From Dehalococcoidia bacterium (GTDB taxonomy: Bacteria > Chloroflexota > Dehalococcoidia > Lucifugimonadales > UBA3495), in NCBI GenBank assembly GCA_965219925.1, contig OZ244795.1, forward strand, positions 1,543,395 through 1,607,394: a stretch of 64,000 nt of DNA, read 5' to 3'. The notes beneath the pieces were generated by a model. It had not been told where the DNA came from, did no database searches, and saw only the letters and a program-made list of their open reading frames with translations. Of the stretch, positions 37,011 to 48,345 are shown one piece after another (the first letter of the stretch is position 1; every line of letters begins with the position of its first letter). The position numbers were made by a program, and so were the translations under genes.

Positions 37011-38999
37011 TCAGCACTTCCCGCCGTCTCCCACGTAGTAATCGTACTTGCGCGCCGCCAGGTCCACTATCTCGGCGACATCTTCCTCGAGCAGGTACCT
37101 CTCGGCCACAAGGTCCATCGCGGCGCGGGTCACCTGCTCGAGATAGTCCTCGCGGCTGGCGTAGCGTTCCTCGATGGATGCTCGTGGGTCGCCGGCGGCC
37201 TCGCGTTCGGCCTGGGTAGCGGGCAGAGGAAGGGTCCAACCGGCGAGGCCGCCGGTGATGCCGATAAAGAGGTTGGGGTTGCCGATGCTCTCGTCGCGCA
37301 AGTTCCAGCCGGTGTAGGTGGCCACCGGGACGGTCAGGTCCGGCAGGCGGATGCCGCCCCGCTCGTTGAAGGACTCGTCGAGGTCGGCCACCAGCGCCGG
37401 GAACTCCTCTCCCACATCGGCGGGCAACTTCGCGGTGCGCCCCAGGTGCGACTCCGGGCCGTAGTCCAGCCGGACCGCCCTGGTGGTTTGGGTTGGGACC
37501 CGCACGCCGGGGAGTTGAGCCAACCGTTCCAGCAGCGTATGGGACTCCACCGCCGTGCCGTCGTTCAGGCTGGGATGGCGGCTGGCGGGAGGCTCCTCGC
37601 CCATGGCAACCCAGCAGTCGAGGTTGTCCAGCGCAGCCCGCAACAGGGGAGCGTAGTCCACGCTATTAAAGGGAAGCTGTCCTCTGATCCCGTCGTTCGT
37701 ACGGATTTCCAACGGGGGAAAATCCCCTGAACCGTGCTGGCAACCGGCGAAGTGGTAGCGGCGGACCGACGGCGACTCCGCGGCGTCGGTCAGGTTCTCC
37801 AGGTCAGTGTGGATCAACGCCGCATCTCCGCGCCAGTACTCGGCGGAGGTATTGGTGAACATGATCCTGGGCACCTTGCCCCGTCGCTCCAGCACGTCGA
37901 GCAGGGAACCCTGGACGCCGGTCACCGGGTCCGTCTGTGGGGTGTCGGTGAAGGGGAACATCTCCGGGATGATGTAGCAGACGTCCTTGGAAGGCTGTCC
38001 AAAGCGCAGGTTGAACTCGCCGCGCATCCCGCCGGCCACGTGGGGGATGATCCCGTCCAGGGCCGACCGGTCCTCCTCGTCCTCGTTGATGCCCACGTGG
38101 ATGTACTGGCGCAGGAAGCGTCCGCTCTGGGAACGGCCCATGGCGTAGGCGTAGTCGATGGCTCCGGCGCAGGGGTTCCCCGCCGAGGCCGGGGCGTATT
38201 TCAGGAAGGAGACCACATCCCGCATCGCGGCGAACCCCAGTCCCACAATCCGGCTGCCGGTTGTGGTGTAAACCAACTGGTAAATCTTCCCCGACTCGAA
38301 TCCGGAGGGCATGTAAATGTGGCTGTGCTGTGGTTCCAGATCCTCATCTTCGACCCGGACGAAGGACCACTGGCTCCGGTCAACAGGTGTGGCAGGACTG
38401 TTGGGCAGGTCCCTCACCGTAAGGGTGGCCTCCGCCTCTTCAGGGTCGGCGGCAGGATTGGGCAGGTGCTGCCGGTCTGCCAGCAGGAACACCTGGGTGG
38501 GTTCGTTGCACTGGAACTGGCAGAGAATCTTGCCGGTCAGAGGCCCCTGGGGGCCGATGGCTTCCGGCCCATGAAGTCCGATGAGTCCGGGAGTGGTCGG
38601 CACGTCCGCCTGCCAGCCGCCCCAGACCACCGTGTAGCCCCGACGCATCAGGTAGCCGTTGCCGGCCTCCAGAGGCGTGGTGGGGTCTGTAATGGCTGGG
38701 ACGCTGTTCAGGCTCAGGGCGGTCTTCCGGCCCCGGTTCACCACGTCGAACAGGATGCGGCGGTTGCCCCGGTCGATGTTCACCGGCTGGAGTATGGCGA
38801 AGTCTGCCGAAAACTCCACCTTGCCGGCGGAATTGCGCGGCGCCAGATCCAGGTCCGTAATCCCCTGATTCCGGTCATGCGACGGGTCCATCGCGTAGTG
38901 GGCCGTGCCTTCCAGAAGCTCATACGCTCCCACGTCGCCGAAGCTCTCGCCGGACGCGAAACTGGTGCGTTTAGTGATTTCCAATTCTGTGATTGCCAA
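37011..38999 (-). CDS. large conserved hypothetical protein (alpha/beta-hydrolase-like)
   Basis: 662-aa intact ORF. The N-terminus (ELEGTAHYAMDPSHDRNQGITDLDLAPRN..GKVEFSADFAILQP...GNRRILFDVVNRGRK) resembles a family I recall as annotated alpha/beta hydrolase domain-containing; assignment is from memory. Confidence 0.55.
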   Translation of the reverse strand: MAITELEITKRTSFASGESFGDVGAYELLEGTAHYAMDPSHDRNQGITDLDLAPRNSAGKVEFSADFAILQPVNIDRGNRRILFDVVNRGRKTALSLNSVPAITDPTTPLEAGNGYLMRRGYTVVWGGWQADVPTTPGLIGLHGPEAIGPQGPLTGKILCQFQCNEPTQVFLLADRQHLPNPAADPEEAEATLTVRDLPNSPATPVDRSQWSFVRVEDEDLEPQHSHIYMPSGFESGKIYQLVYTTTGSRIVGLGFAAMRDVVSFLKYAPASAGNPCAGAIDYAYAMGRSQSGRFLRQYIHVGINEDEEDRSALDGIIPHVAGGMRGEFNLRFGQPSKDVCYIIPEMFPFTDTPQTDPVTGVQGSLLDVLERRGKVPRIMFTNTSAEYWRGDAALIHTDLENLTDAAESPSVRRYHFAGCQHGSGDFPPLEIRTNDGIRGQLPFNSVDYAPLLRAALDNLDCWVAMGEEPPASRHPSLNDGTAVESHTLLERLAQLPGVRVPTQTTRAVRLDYGPESHLGRTAKLPADVGEEFPALVADLDESFNERGGIRLPDLTVPVATYTGWNLRDESIGNPNLFIGITGGLAGWTLPLPATQAEREAAGDPRASIEERYASREDYLEQVTRAAMDLVAERYLLEEDVAEIVDLAARKYDYYVGDGGKC

Positions 39000-39457
39000 G
39001 ACGCCTCCGGTTGGCCGACGGCCGATAGTCAGTGACCGATATTTAGTTCTTGGTTGCCAGTGTCGGAGTGGATTTTAGCACCTGTGGACCGTCCGCAGTG
39101 GCAGTTTTCGTCCACTCAGCAGGGAGGAAATTGCGAAACTCCGGCGGGCTGAACAGGCGAGACGTATTTGGACCAGTTTCCGGGGGCATGTCGCGACTTT
39201 GACCTTACCAACGAGCCGGGCCCAACCCACTTCTCTGCGGGAGGCGCTACCTAATCTAGCCAGTACCGATAGTTCCATCTAACTCGGACTGAGAATGGAG
39301 GATAAAATGGACCTCGACCATCGGCTAGCAGTTCGACCGTCGGTTTTTCACAACTGAAAGGCGAGATTCTTGTCTGGACTTGGCGCATAAATTAGAAAAA
39401 GTATAAACACAGGGTGAGGTGATCTGGCCCAACCCAAATGTCACTAAAGGCCCAGCC

Positions 39458-39700
39458 ATGCTCACCCTGCCCGATGCAATTGTACCCGTACTCGTTCCCT
39501 TAGCAACGCTGTTCAGCAGCCCGACTTGGCGGAAAGCACAAGTGTTGCTGGTTGACGCGATCCTGACCCCAGGCCAGCGCACCGTGGCGGCGGCGCTCCG
39601 GGTCATGGGCCGCAGCGACCATCGGGGCTACGCCCGCTACCATGAAGTGCAATCGGGCGTCCAGGTCGCCCCGAGCCCCGCCGAAACCGACATGCGGGAC
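39458..39700 (+). mobile_element. IS701-like transposase N-terminal stump
   Basis: LVPLATLFSSPTWRKAQVLLVDAILTPGQRTVAAALRVMGRSDHRGYARYHEV, then the frame is lost. Confidence 0.5.
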
Positions 39701-39806
39701 GCACCGGCCCGTACCATGGGTTCACGGTTGTCTGGTGAATTGACACCAAGGCGCGGGAACGATAAAAAGTTAGGAAACTCTGCGCGCAATGAGGTAGGAG
39801 CGGGAC

Positions 39807-40646
39807 ATGGCGGGAGAATTGGATCCCAGGGCGGCCGGGGCGCGACGGTTCGATGGTCAGGTGGCGGTGATCACCGGCGGCGGCCAGGGCATTGGTTCCG
39901 CCACCGCCCGACGCCTGGCCCAGGAGGGCGCATCCATCGTCATCGGCGACATGGTGGCTGAGACATCGGATCGAGTCTGCGCCGCGATCCGGGAGTTTGG
40001 CGGAGAGTGCGTAGTATCCCTGGGTGATTTATCCCGGTGGGAGAACGCCGAGGCTTTGATGCGCCGGGCAATGGAGACTTACGGCAGGATCGACGTGCTG
40101 GCCAATATCGCCGGCGGCACCATCTGGTTCCAGTCCTTCCAGTACTACACACCGGAACAGATTCAAACGGAGATGGACCGCAGCTTTTGGACCGCCATGT
40201 GGTGCTGTCGGGCCACTCTGCCCCACATGATCCAGCGGGGCTCCGGCTCAATCGTCAACATCGCCACCCACGCCGTTACCGGTAGATTCCGCGTGCCCTA
40301 CGCTGCGGCAAAGGCAGGACAGATCGGCCTGACCACTTCCCTGGCGCGGGAAGTGGCCCACCTGGGAATCCGGGTCAACTGCATCGCGCCCAGCGGCACT
40401 GCTGCCGAGGACCGGGTAACGCCCCGCGACCACGGTGTGGACGTGGCCGTGCCGGAGCTGCCGGAGTCGGAGCGGGCCGACCAGCAGCAGTACCGGTCGT
40501 CAACCCGCAGCTCGGAAATACCCATGGGTCGGCGCGGGGAAGCTGACGAACAGGCGGCGGCCATCGCCTTTCTGGCCTCCCACGACGCCTCGTACATCAC
40601 CGGCCAGGTGCTGGCGGTTGGCGGCGGGCAACCCTACCCGTTCTAG
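39807..40646 (+). CDS. SDR family oxidoreductase
   Basis: VAVITGGGQGIGSATA cofactor motif and the YAAAK catalytic motif. Confidence 0.85.
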   Translation: MAGELDPRAAGARRFDGQVAVITGGGQGIGSATARRLAQEGASIVIGDMVAETSDRVCAAIREFGGECVVSLGDLSRWENAEALMRRAMETYGRIDVLANIAGGTIWFQSFQYYTPEQIQTEMDRSFWTAMWCCRATLPHMIQRGSGSIVNIATHAVTGRFRVPYAAAKAGQIGLTTSLAREVAHLGIRVNCIAPSGTAAEDRVTPRDHGVDVAVPELPESERADQQQYRSSTRSSEIPMGRRGEADEQAAAIAFLASHDASYITGQVLAVGGGQPYPF

Positions 40647-40714
40647 CCCCGTGGCAATGACCCGTCTGCTAACATGACACAAATCCGCCGCGTTGCCAAA
40701 AAGGACCGACGAAT

Positions 40715-42163
40715 ATGGGACTAAAACGCCTATTGCTGAAACCGCTTTCGGGGTATCCGGGTGGTTACAAGAGGATGCGCAGGGGAACCCAGGGCTTCGA
40801 TTCCACGCCGCCGTTCAAGGTCCCCGATAACCCGCGGGATCGCCGCAGCCGTATCCCGCCCACGGGGTTTCGAGAATACTGGTATCCCGCCCTGCCGGCC
40901 AAGGACGTCGAGACGGACAGACCCGAGGTGCTGCGGATGCTGGGCACCGACGTGGTCTTCTTTAAGGACAAACAGGGCGAGGTGCAGGCCCTGCTGGACT
41001 GGTGCCCGCACCGGGCGGTCTACCTGTCCATAGGCCGCTGCTACTTCGAGGGCTTCCTGACCTGCCCGTACCATGGGGCGACGTTCGATGGCGACGGCAA
41101 CTGCGTCGCGTTCCTCACCGAAGGCCCCGACTCCATGATGGTGGGAGCCGAGGGCATGAAGGCCCGCAAGTTCCCCACTGTTACCCTCAAGGGCATGGTG
41201 TTCGTCTGGATGGGCGAAGGCGAGCCCGTCGCTCCCAAGGAAGACATCCCGCCCGAGATGTTCGAGGAGCACAACATTTGCCGGCCTTCCTTCGGCATGT
41301 TCGACTGCAACTGGGTGCTGGTGCTGGAAAACACCATGGACGCCCACAACGCGTTCATGGTGCACCGCAACGCCTTGCGTATGCTGGGCAGCCGCGTCGG
41401 TGGGCGGCCGCGCACTCCGCTGGGTTACCGGGTCAACCTGGTGAACAACAAGAACGTCCACTACCGCCCGGGCAGCGGAAAATCCTCCACCGAAAAGTAC
41501 TATTATGACGAGGATGGGAACATCCCATATCAGATGTACTACCCTGGTGTCGACGGCGTGTGGCCGCTGCACCGGTGGCGCCTGCTCTGGACGTGGTTCT
41601 TCGACTGGAAGGCCCATCGTCGCGGACAGGACCCTCAGTACCGGCGCGCCACCCTGGCCGACACCCCCGACGTGAACGAATGGAACGGAACCCGCCTGCC
41701 TGGCATGTCCCGTACCGGCGGCAACAACCGTTACTTCCGCAGCACCCGGTGGCCCGTGCCTGTGGAGGAAAACCTGACTCGCATGGTGTACCTCAACGTG
41801 GAGCGATACGAACAGCGACCTGGCCTCATGCGCCGCATGGTCCGGGGAGCCACTTGGCCCTATCGCAACTGGGAGCTCAATTTCAACTTCCGCAACCAGG
41901 ACTACGACGCCGAAAAGTACACCCAGTACTCCATGCCCGAGTACCTGTCGTCCACCGACTCGGTGGTCGTGGCCATGCGTCGGCTGTTCGTGGAGCATAA
42001 CCGGGACGTGCAGCGTCGCCGGCAGTGGGAAGAGGAGCTGCCCGAAGTAATGGGCGAATCCGAGGCCGAACAGATGGTGCGTGAGGGCGACCTCAAGGTT
42101 GCCGAAGCCAGCGGCACCTTCGACGCCGGCCGCCTGGAGGACGAGCTGCTCCGGCGGGTTTAG
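40715..42163 (+). CDS. Rieske [2Fe-2S] non-heme iron oxygenase, alpha-subunit-like
   Basis: Rieske motif CPHR...CPYHG. Mononuclear iron motif ENTMDAHNAFMVH. The true start may be internal. Confidence 0.8.
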   Translation: MGLKRLLLKPLSGYPGGYKRMRRGTQGFDSTPPFKVPDNPRDRRSRIPPTGFREYWYPALPAKDVETDRPEVLRMLGTDVVFFKDKQGEVQALLDWCPHRAVYLSIGRCYFEGFLTCPYHGATFDGDGNCVAFLTEGPDSMMVGAEGMKARKFPTVTLKGMVFVWMGEGEPVAPKEDIPPEMFEEHNICRPSFGMFDCNWVLVLENTMDAHNAFMVHRNALRMLGSRVGGRPRTPLGYRVNLVNNKNVHYRPGSGKSSTEKYYYDEDGNIPYQMYYPGVDGVWPLHRWRLLWTWFFDWKAHRRGQDPQYRRATLADTPDVNEWNGTRLPGMSRTGGNNRYFRSTRWPVPVEENLTRMVYLNVERYEQRPGLMRRMVRGATWPYRNWELNFNFRNQDYDAEKYTQYSMPEYLSSTDSVVVAMRRLFVEHNRDVQRRRQWEEELPEVMGESEAEQMVREGDLKVAEASGTFDAGRLEDELLRRV

Positions 42164-42607
42164 CCGAAACAACTGCTGATTAGGCCATAGACATTCAGCC
42201 CGCTCCCGACCCTCTCCGGTCAGCCAAGCTGGACTGTCGATAAAACTTTCGAATTCTCGTTTGAGCTGTAGCAGTTTCTCACCGCCGAGGTTTGCGCCGC
42301 CCCGCGAACCAATCGACCAGCCGGGTACGTAGGACACTTCGGCGCCGGCGACGTTCCGTTAGGAAACCTGATCCAGTAGTCGGCAAGCAGCCCCATGGAC
42401 CGTTGGAGGCCAATCTGACAGACCTAAAGTATTCCGGTGGGCGAATTCGGCAGTTTTGCTGCTATTAAGACTCTACCGTGTTTAGACTACCTTTGCGTCT
42501 GCTCGTTAGATTGCCAAACTACGACAGATGCTCGGCCCCGGCGCCAAAGAAATCCCGGACGATCGATTAATTCCACGGAAAAGCCGGAAGTTGCCCCAGG
42601 TTTCCTA

Positions 42608-43475
42608 GGGGGTGTCGTCAAAAGAGTTTGCTCCAGATCATCACTGCCCGGAGCTGGCAGATGGCCAAATACGACGCCGTTCTCTTGGCATAGCGGGTTG
42701 CCACCCCGCGCCACTGCTTGAATTCCAGGAATCCGTTCTCCACTAGGTGCCGCAGCTTGTACAGCGCCCGGTCATAGTCCCGCTTTTCTCTCCGGTTGCT
42801 TTTGGGCGGTATCACCGGGTCCATTCCCAATTCCCGGACGGTGGCTATGATTTCATTGGTGTCATAGGCTTTGTCCGCCATCAGGCACTCCGCTGCTATG
42901 CCCTCAATCAGAGGCAAAGCCTGGGAGCAGTCGGCAAACGTACCCTCGGTCACCGCCAGCCTTACCGGCATTCCGTGGGAATCCACCGCCAGGTGCAGCT
43001 TGCTGTTCAGCCCCCTTTTGTGCGGGCAATGGACTGATTTCCGCCCCGGGCGCCGGCGCTGTGGGGATGGGCCTTGATATAGCTGGCGTCTATCATCAGC
43101 CACTCGAAATCAGGGTCATCAATCACCGCCTCCAACAGTCCGGCCCACACGCCCCGGTCCCGCCAGCGGCAGAAGCGGCGGTGGGTGTTCTTCCAATCTC
43201 CGTAGTCCGGGGGCAAATCTCGCCAAGGAGCACCGGTGCGCAGTATCCAGCACACGGCGTCGATAAACCGCCGGTTGTCCCCGTGTCGTGGCACGGGGCA
43301 GGCTCTGGGCCGGTCGGCCCCTCTTGCCCTCTCCCCCAGGCAAATGCGGCCTCAACCGCTCCCAAACCTCATCGGTCATATCGTGGCGCCGGTGCGCTAC
43401 CGTCATACCCCCACCTTCCACACTCTCCCCATTTCCAGCAATCTACCACCCTACCGCCATTTTGACGACACCCCC
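42608..43475 (-). mobile_element. IS427-like insertion sequence, copy B (868 bp; orfA broken by a 25-bp insertion)
   Basis: By eye, identical to copy A except for two substitutions and an extra 25 nt at 43281-43305. Same CTA...TAG flanks (target CCTAGG). Confidence 0.9.
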
Positions 43476-43976
43476 TAGGCTTCAACTATTAGCGTGTGAC
43501 GTAAGCGGGCAGGTAGCGTCGCGGGTTGATTCGCTGGCAGTGCGGTTTTTTATCTTGGTGCCATGTTCGAATCACCCGGCAGATAGAGAGTGGTTGATTT
43601 CGGAACTGGACACTGGTATTACAACGACGGCTTAAGATGGTGCTTCGGGAACGCTTCGGACCGCGGGTCTGCTGCAATAGCTGGAGGATGTACATTTAGG
43701 AAGGGAACGGGCCAGCTTCAAACGTCCCGATTGGCATACGTCGTTGTAATACTATGTGCGTTCTTGTTTTGTTCCCGACGACAGCGGGCCACTTTGCCAA
43801 TTCCGCACTGAGCGGACGCTCATTCCGGCCATGGCCGCCGCCAACTGGACAGCCCGGCATTGGTACCTTCAAACCGACGACACGCGGCACGTTGCCACAG
43901 CCCTAGTCCGCCACAGGTACATCGCCTGATGCTGACCTGGCAACGGTCGCGCCTTCGTGAGCGGAAAAGCAGGCGC

Positions 43977-45257
43977 TCAGCTCAAGCCGAACTGCTCTCT
44001 GGCGTTCCCGCCCAGCATTCGTGCGATGACGGGCCGTTCTACGTCTGCTTGGCTCAGTGCCTGGATGGCGTCCCAAGCGCTGGTTGTGTCGTGGTGGGGA
44101 TACCGAGAACCCCAGAGGATTTTACTTTCGTAGGAGTGTGGCAGCTCCTGGATCAGGCGTTCTTCAGCGTCGAACCCCAGCATGACGTGGCCTTCCTCCC
44201 ACATATCTTTGGGGTCGGTTCTGACGGGGTAGTAATGCTGCAGTGGAATAACTCGCGTCGATGCCTCCATTTTCTCCAGGACTTCCTCCATCCAGGAAGC
44301 CTTTCCGTGGGCCATCACCACCCTCATCTCAGGGAACCGCTGCATAACCGTATAGCCAATCAGCGTGGAAGCGACGAACATATGGTTGTCCAGCCAATGG
44401 GACAGTATCGGAGCCACCGGGTGACCCAACGGGACCATCCCGGTCGCAGCGGACGCCCGGTTACGCTCGCCGGCGCTGCCACCCGCAAAGGGACCGCCTC
44501 CACCGCCTCCCAGGCCGGCGGTTTGTGAGAGCCGGCCACTGACCTTTTCCACGAAGGGGCCATGGGATGTCCACTCCGGGTTCCACAATCCGGCGGCAGG
44601 GTGCACGGTGGCGGCCAACCCCAATGTCTCCAGTTCCGCCCAGAGTGGATCATAATATGGATGAGTGAGGTACCGTTCTTCCATGAACATGGGCCGGATG
44701 AAGGCGCCACGGAAGCATCGAGATCCGGCGACTCGGCGCAGCTCGGCCAAGGCGAAGTCCATATTACCAAGGGGAATCATCGCGGCGGCGAAAAGGCGGT
44801 CCGGGGCAGCCTGGCAAAAATCTGAAACCCAGTCGTTGTACGCCCGCGCCAGTGCATACGCCACGTCCGGGTCCTCCACAAGGTGGAAGCCTTCGGCGAA
44901 CCAGGTCGGATAAACGAGGGTCTGGTCGATACCCATCGCATCCATATCCTGGAGCTTGGCCTTTGGGTCCGAGGCTCCTTCGCACATCGGATGGCGGATA
45001 TTCGGGTCCAATTCGCCAACGGAGTCCCAGGTCATTCCGGGCTGCCAGATGGCATGACGGGGGATGTTAGGATTGGCGCTGTCCCGGAACACCCGCCCGT
45101 TGATTTTGAGGTACGAGTCGAACTGCCCTTCTTCTCGCCAGAGAGCATATTTGCCCAGCACGCGATACTCGGGCTCCAGATACTTCTCCCACACCTCGCG
45201 AGGTTCCACTACGTGGGAATCGCTGTCGAAAACGGAGAAATCCTTATTGGTAGTCAT
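43977..45257 (-). CDS. amidohydrolase_2 (ACMSD-like) family protein
   Basis: FDSDSHVVEPREVWEKYLEPEY N-terminus and a metal-binding His/Asp pattern. Confidence 0.8.
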   Translation of the reverse strand: MTTNKDFSVFDSDSHVVEPREVWEKYLEPEYRVLGKYALWREEGQFDSYLKINGRVFRDSANPNIPRHAIWQPGMTWDSVGELDPNIRHPMCEGASDPKAKLQDMDAMGIDQTLVYPTWFAEGFHLVEDPDVAYALARAYNDWVSDFCQAAPDRLFAAAMIPLGNMDFALAELRRVAGSRCFRGAFIRPMFMEERYLTHPYYDPLWAELETLGLAATVHPAAGLWNPEWTSHGPFVEKVSGRLSQTAGLGGGGGGPFAGGSAGERNRASAATGMVPLGHPVAPILSHWLDNHMFVASTLIGYTVMQRFPEMRVVMAHGKASWMEEVLEKMEASTRVIPLQHYYPVRTDPKDMWEEGHVMLGFDAEERLIQELPHSYESKILWGSRYPHHDTTSAWDAIQALSQADVERPVIARMLGGNAREQFGLS

Positions 45258-45282
45258 GGCACGCCGTCCGATTGGCTGCCGG

Positions 45283-46647
45283 CTATCGGCGCGTCACCGA
45301 TGACTCCGGCTTGAGGGCTTCCCTGATTTCGTCTTCGTCGGGCCACCAATCGGGGCGGTGGATCTCGGTAACACGGTCCCGGATGATCTTTTTCGGCGGC
45401 TCGATATTGTAGAGGCGGCGGGCGTTTGCCCCCAGGAACCTGGCCTGGTCGTCGATGGGCAACTCGCACTCTTCCATGGTCTCGATGGCCCTCCAGGCGT
45501 CGTCTCCGTCGTGGTGGTAGACGTCGGAGGCCCAGGCAAGGATGTCCCGATAGTAGTCGGGAAGGCGCGACGGAGGCGCTTCATCCCCTTCGAACCCGGT
45601 AACGCAATGCTGGAAGAAGGTTTCACTGGGCGGCTGCTTCAGAGGTGGCAAGGTGCGGTCATTGCGGTAGAGCCGATAGGTCTTGTCGCATTCATCCAGC
45701 AGGAAACTCAACCAAGTGGAAGAGGCCTCGAACACCGCAGCCTGGATCTTGGGGTGCCTCTCGAAGAACCCGGACATCAACACCATGGTGACCCAGAGGG
45801 ACGCCTCGGCCTGGAAGTTCTGCACGTTGGAGAGGAGCGTGTGAGGCAAGCCGGAGGTTGAAATGGTCCTCCTGATGAGTTCCGCACCCGAATACTGATC
45901 GGAGTAGCCCGGCGGCTTCGCAACTCCCGAGGCCGGGAATGGGTGCATACCGTAGACCATTCCGGTATCCTCCAGCGCGTTCCATACGGTCTCGTACTTG
46001 GGCTGAATCGGATAGTTGCCCATGGCATCCATTGGCCGGATGAGAGCAACGCGGCAGCCCTTGGCAGCTACGCGATAGACCTCTTCCGCCGCATATTGGG
46101 GGTTTTGCATGGGGATAAGGGCGGCGAAGAAGAGACGTTCCGGGTCTTCCTGAGTGTATTCATAGGCCCAGTCATTGTAGGCCTTGCACATGGCCCGCGC
46201 CCCCAGAGCGTTCTGCAGCCAGGGGTAGGTATCAATGCTGGTGGGTATGATCATCACCTGGTCGATACCCTGGACGTCCATGTCGCGCAACCGGGGCCCG
46301 GGTTCGTCTGCCCCGGCGTGGGCCAGGTATTCCGACTGCTCCCTGGTGAGGGCAGTTTCCGGGTTGAGGTTGCGGACGTTGAAGGCGCGCTGGATGTCGT
46401 GTTTGAGTCCCGGACCGGCTAGCCTCACGATGTCGATGATCCCGGGGCCTGTCTTGGGCACGGGGGAAAAGCTGTTCACGTCGGCCTTTCCGTTGACCAG
46501 CAACTGGTTGGTCTCGGCGTCGTACCACATGGTGGACTTCAGAGCTTCCAACTCGCCTTTGGTGAGGTGGTCTGCGGCCCGCTCCCAGACTCTGGCGGGC
46601 TCAACGATGTGAGCGTCGCAGTCGAAGGTGGGGAAATCTTTGGTCAT
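45283..46647 (-). CDS. amidohydrolase_2 family protein
   Basis: FDCDAHIVEPARVWERAADHL. Start taken at the internal ATG 46647. Confidence 0.8.
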   Translation of the reverse strand: MTKDFPTFDCDAHIVEPARVWERAADHLTKGELEALKSTMWYDAETNQLLVNGKADVNSFSPVPKTGPGIIDIVRLAGPGLKHDIQRAFNVRNLNPETALTREQSEYLAHAGADEPGPRLRDMDVQGIDQVMIIPTSIDTYPWLQNALGARAMCKAYNDWAYEYTQEDPERLFFAALIPMQNPQYAAEEVYRVAAKGCRVALIRPMDAMGNYPIQPKYETVWNALEDTGMVYGMHPFPASGVAKPPGYSDQYSGAELIRRTISTSGLPHTLLSNVQNFQAEASLWVTMVLMSGFFERHPKIQAAVFEASSTWLSFLLDECDKTYRLYRNDRTLPPLKQPPSETFFQHCVTGFEGDEAPPSRLPDYYRDILAWASDVYHHDGDDAWRAIETMEECELPIDDQARFLGANARRLYNIEPPKKIIRDRVTEIHRPDWWPDEDEIREALKPESSVTRR

Positions 46648-46835
46648 TGGCCTGAATCGCTGGATTGGCAAAACGGACCTCCTCTTTACAATGCGATAGG
46701 TTGTTGATCGGCGAATCCACGCCCAACCTAACAAGGGGCACTGCTATTGTCAACAAACCGACAGTTTGCATGAGGAAGAATCGTAGCAGTAGAATCACTT
46801 ATCTACAGTATTCATTGAATGGGAGCGAAAAATCG

Positions 46836-47828
46836 ATGGAAAATCGACGATTTGGTCCAACAGACATAACAGTTTCGGCCCTCGGGTTCGGTTGTTGGGA
46901 GATGGGAGGCACGTATGGCGATGTTTCCCAGTCGGAGGTAGCCGCTGCCGTGAACCGCGCCATTGATCTGGGCATCAACTGCTTCGACACTGCCCCCGCA
47001 TACGGCAGAGGGGAGTCCGAGTGTCTGCTAGGCAGGGCTCTGGGGGCTAGGCGCAAGGACGTGGTCGTCGTCACCAAGTGCGGCGTGGGTTATTCGAACC
47101 GGCAAAAGGGCCGGGATAGCCGGATGGTGTCTATCTTCGCATCCGTGGAACAGAGCCTGCAAAACCTGGGAACCGATTACCTGGACGTGCTGCTCATACA
47201 CTGGCCGGACGACAACACGCCTTTCGATGAGACCATGCACGCGCTGGACAGCCTGGTGCATCAGGGGAAAGTGCGCGCGGTCGGGGTTTCCAACTTCACC
47301 CTGGACCAGATCAAAGAATGCGAATCCGTACGAGGTGTAGACGTCGTGCAGTACGGCCTCAACATGTTCGATAGGCGCATGGAGCAGGAAATCTTTCCCT
47401 ACTGCCAGGCGCAAGGGACCGGCGTGATGGTTTATGGCCCTCTGGCGTTTGGTCTCCTATCCGGCGCTTTCAACGCGGACACTACATTCGGAAAAAATGA
47501 CTGGCGTTCCACGGGCGGGCGGCCAGGTTGGAACGTGGGGGTGTTTGCAGAGGAGCACTTTCAGCGAAACCTGCAAGTTGTGGAGGAGTTGAAGCCAATC
47601 GCCGAGGTCAGGGGCAAACAGATGCCCCATCTAGCATTACGCTGGGTCCTGTCAAATCCAGCCGTAAGCGTCGCGTTGGTCGGCACTCGCACCGTTCAGG
47701 AGGTGGAGGACAACGTCGCTGGGTTGGAATGGGCCCTATCGAGCTCGGACATGGCGCAAATCGACGCTGTGTTCGCTCGTTACGGCGTGGATACCCACCC
47801 GGATATAGTCATCGACCCGGAGGAGTAA
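46836..47828 (+). CDS. aldo/keto reductase
   Basis: LGFGCWEMGG, FDTAPAYGRGESE, HWPD. Start at ATG 46836, with GGGAG 10 nt upstream. Confidence 0.85.
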   Translation: MENRRFGPTDITVSALGFGCWEMGGTYGDVSQSEVAAAVNRAIDLGINCFDTAPAYGRGESECLLGRALGARRKDVVVVTKCGVGYSNRQKGRDSRMVSIFASVEQSLQNLGTDYLDVLLIHWPDDNTPFDETMHALDSLVHQGKVRAVGVSNFTLDQIKECESVRGVDVVQYGLNMFDRRMEQEIFPYCQAQGTGVMVYGPLAFGLLSGAFNADTTFGKNDWRSTGGRPGWNVGVFAEEHFQRNLQVVEELKPIAEVRGKQMPHLALRWVLSNPAVSVALVGTRTVQEVEDNVAGLEWALSSSDMAQIDAVFARYGVDTHPDIVIDPEE

Positions 47829-47837
47829 CCCAAGGGT

Positions 47838-48117
47838 TATCCCGCCGTGGCCGTGGCTTGGGCCGCATCGCCTCCGGCGACTTCAGGTACTGGCGCACCG
47901 TGTTGCGCGATACCTCCAGCTCCTGGGCAATCCCTCTGAAAATTGACACCCCGGATCGAGCAGCCGGCTCCTTTCATCTCGTATATCTCTTTCACTTGGC
48001 CCACCTTTAGCAATGTGTCTGACGCACCTCCGCAGAGTGTCCGCAGATGATGCCACTACCATCGGCTGGGTCAATTCCATCTCGGCGTTTTTGCACATTT
48101 TAATATCGGCAGTGACA
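47838..48117 (-). mobile_element. IS21-family 5' stump, second copy (more degraded)
   Basis: Aligns with 20597-20927, including MLKVGQVKEIYEMKGAG and the ...TGACA end. Carries an extra block of about 17 nt and substitutions. Confidence 0.65.
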
Positions 48118-48345
48118 CAACCAAACCGCGGACGAGAGAACACCGAGGAGTACTTGCTCCCCGCTGATGGGGACCCATCGCTCGTCATCCGGGGCTGGCT
48201 ACTCCATGCACTGGATGCCCTCGCTCGCCGCTTGACGGGGCAACGGACGACAGCATGGCCCTAGTACCGTTGCCAGGTATATTTGTAAGAATATAAGAAA
48301 GCAGCCATACTTAGGCATGATCTTTCTGTGAGGAAGTGCCCAGCC

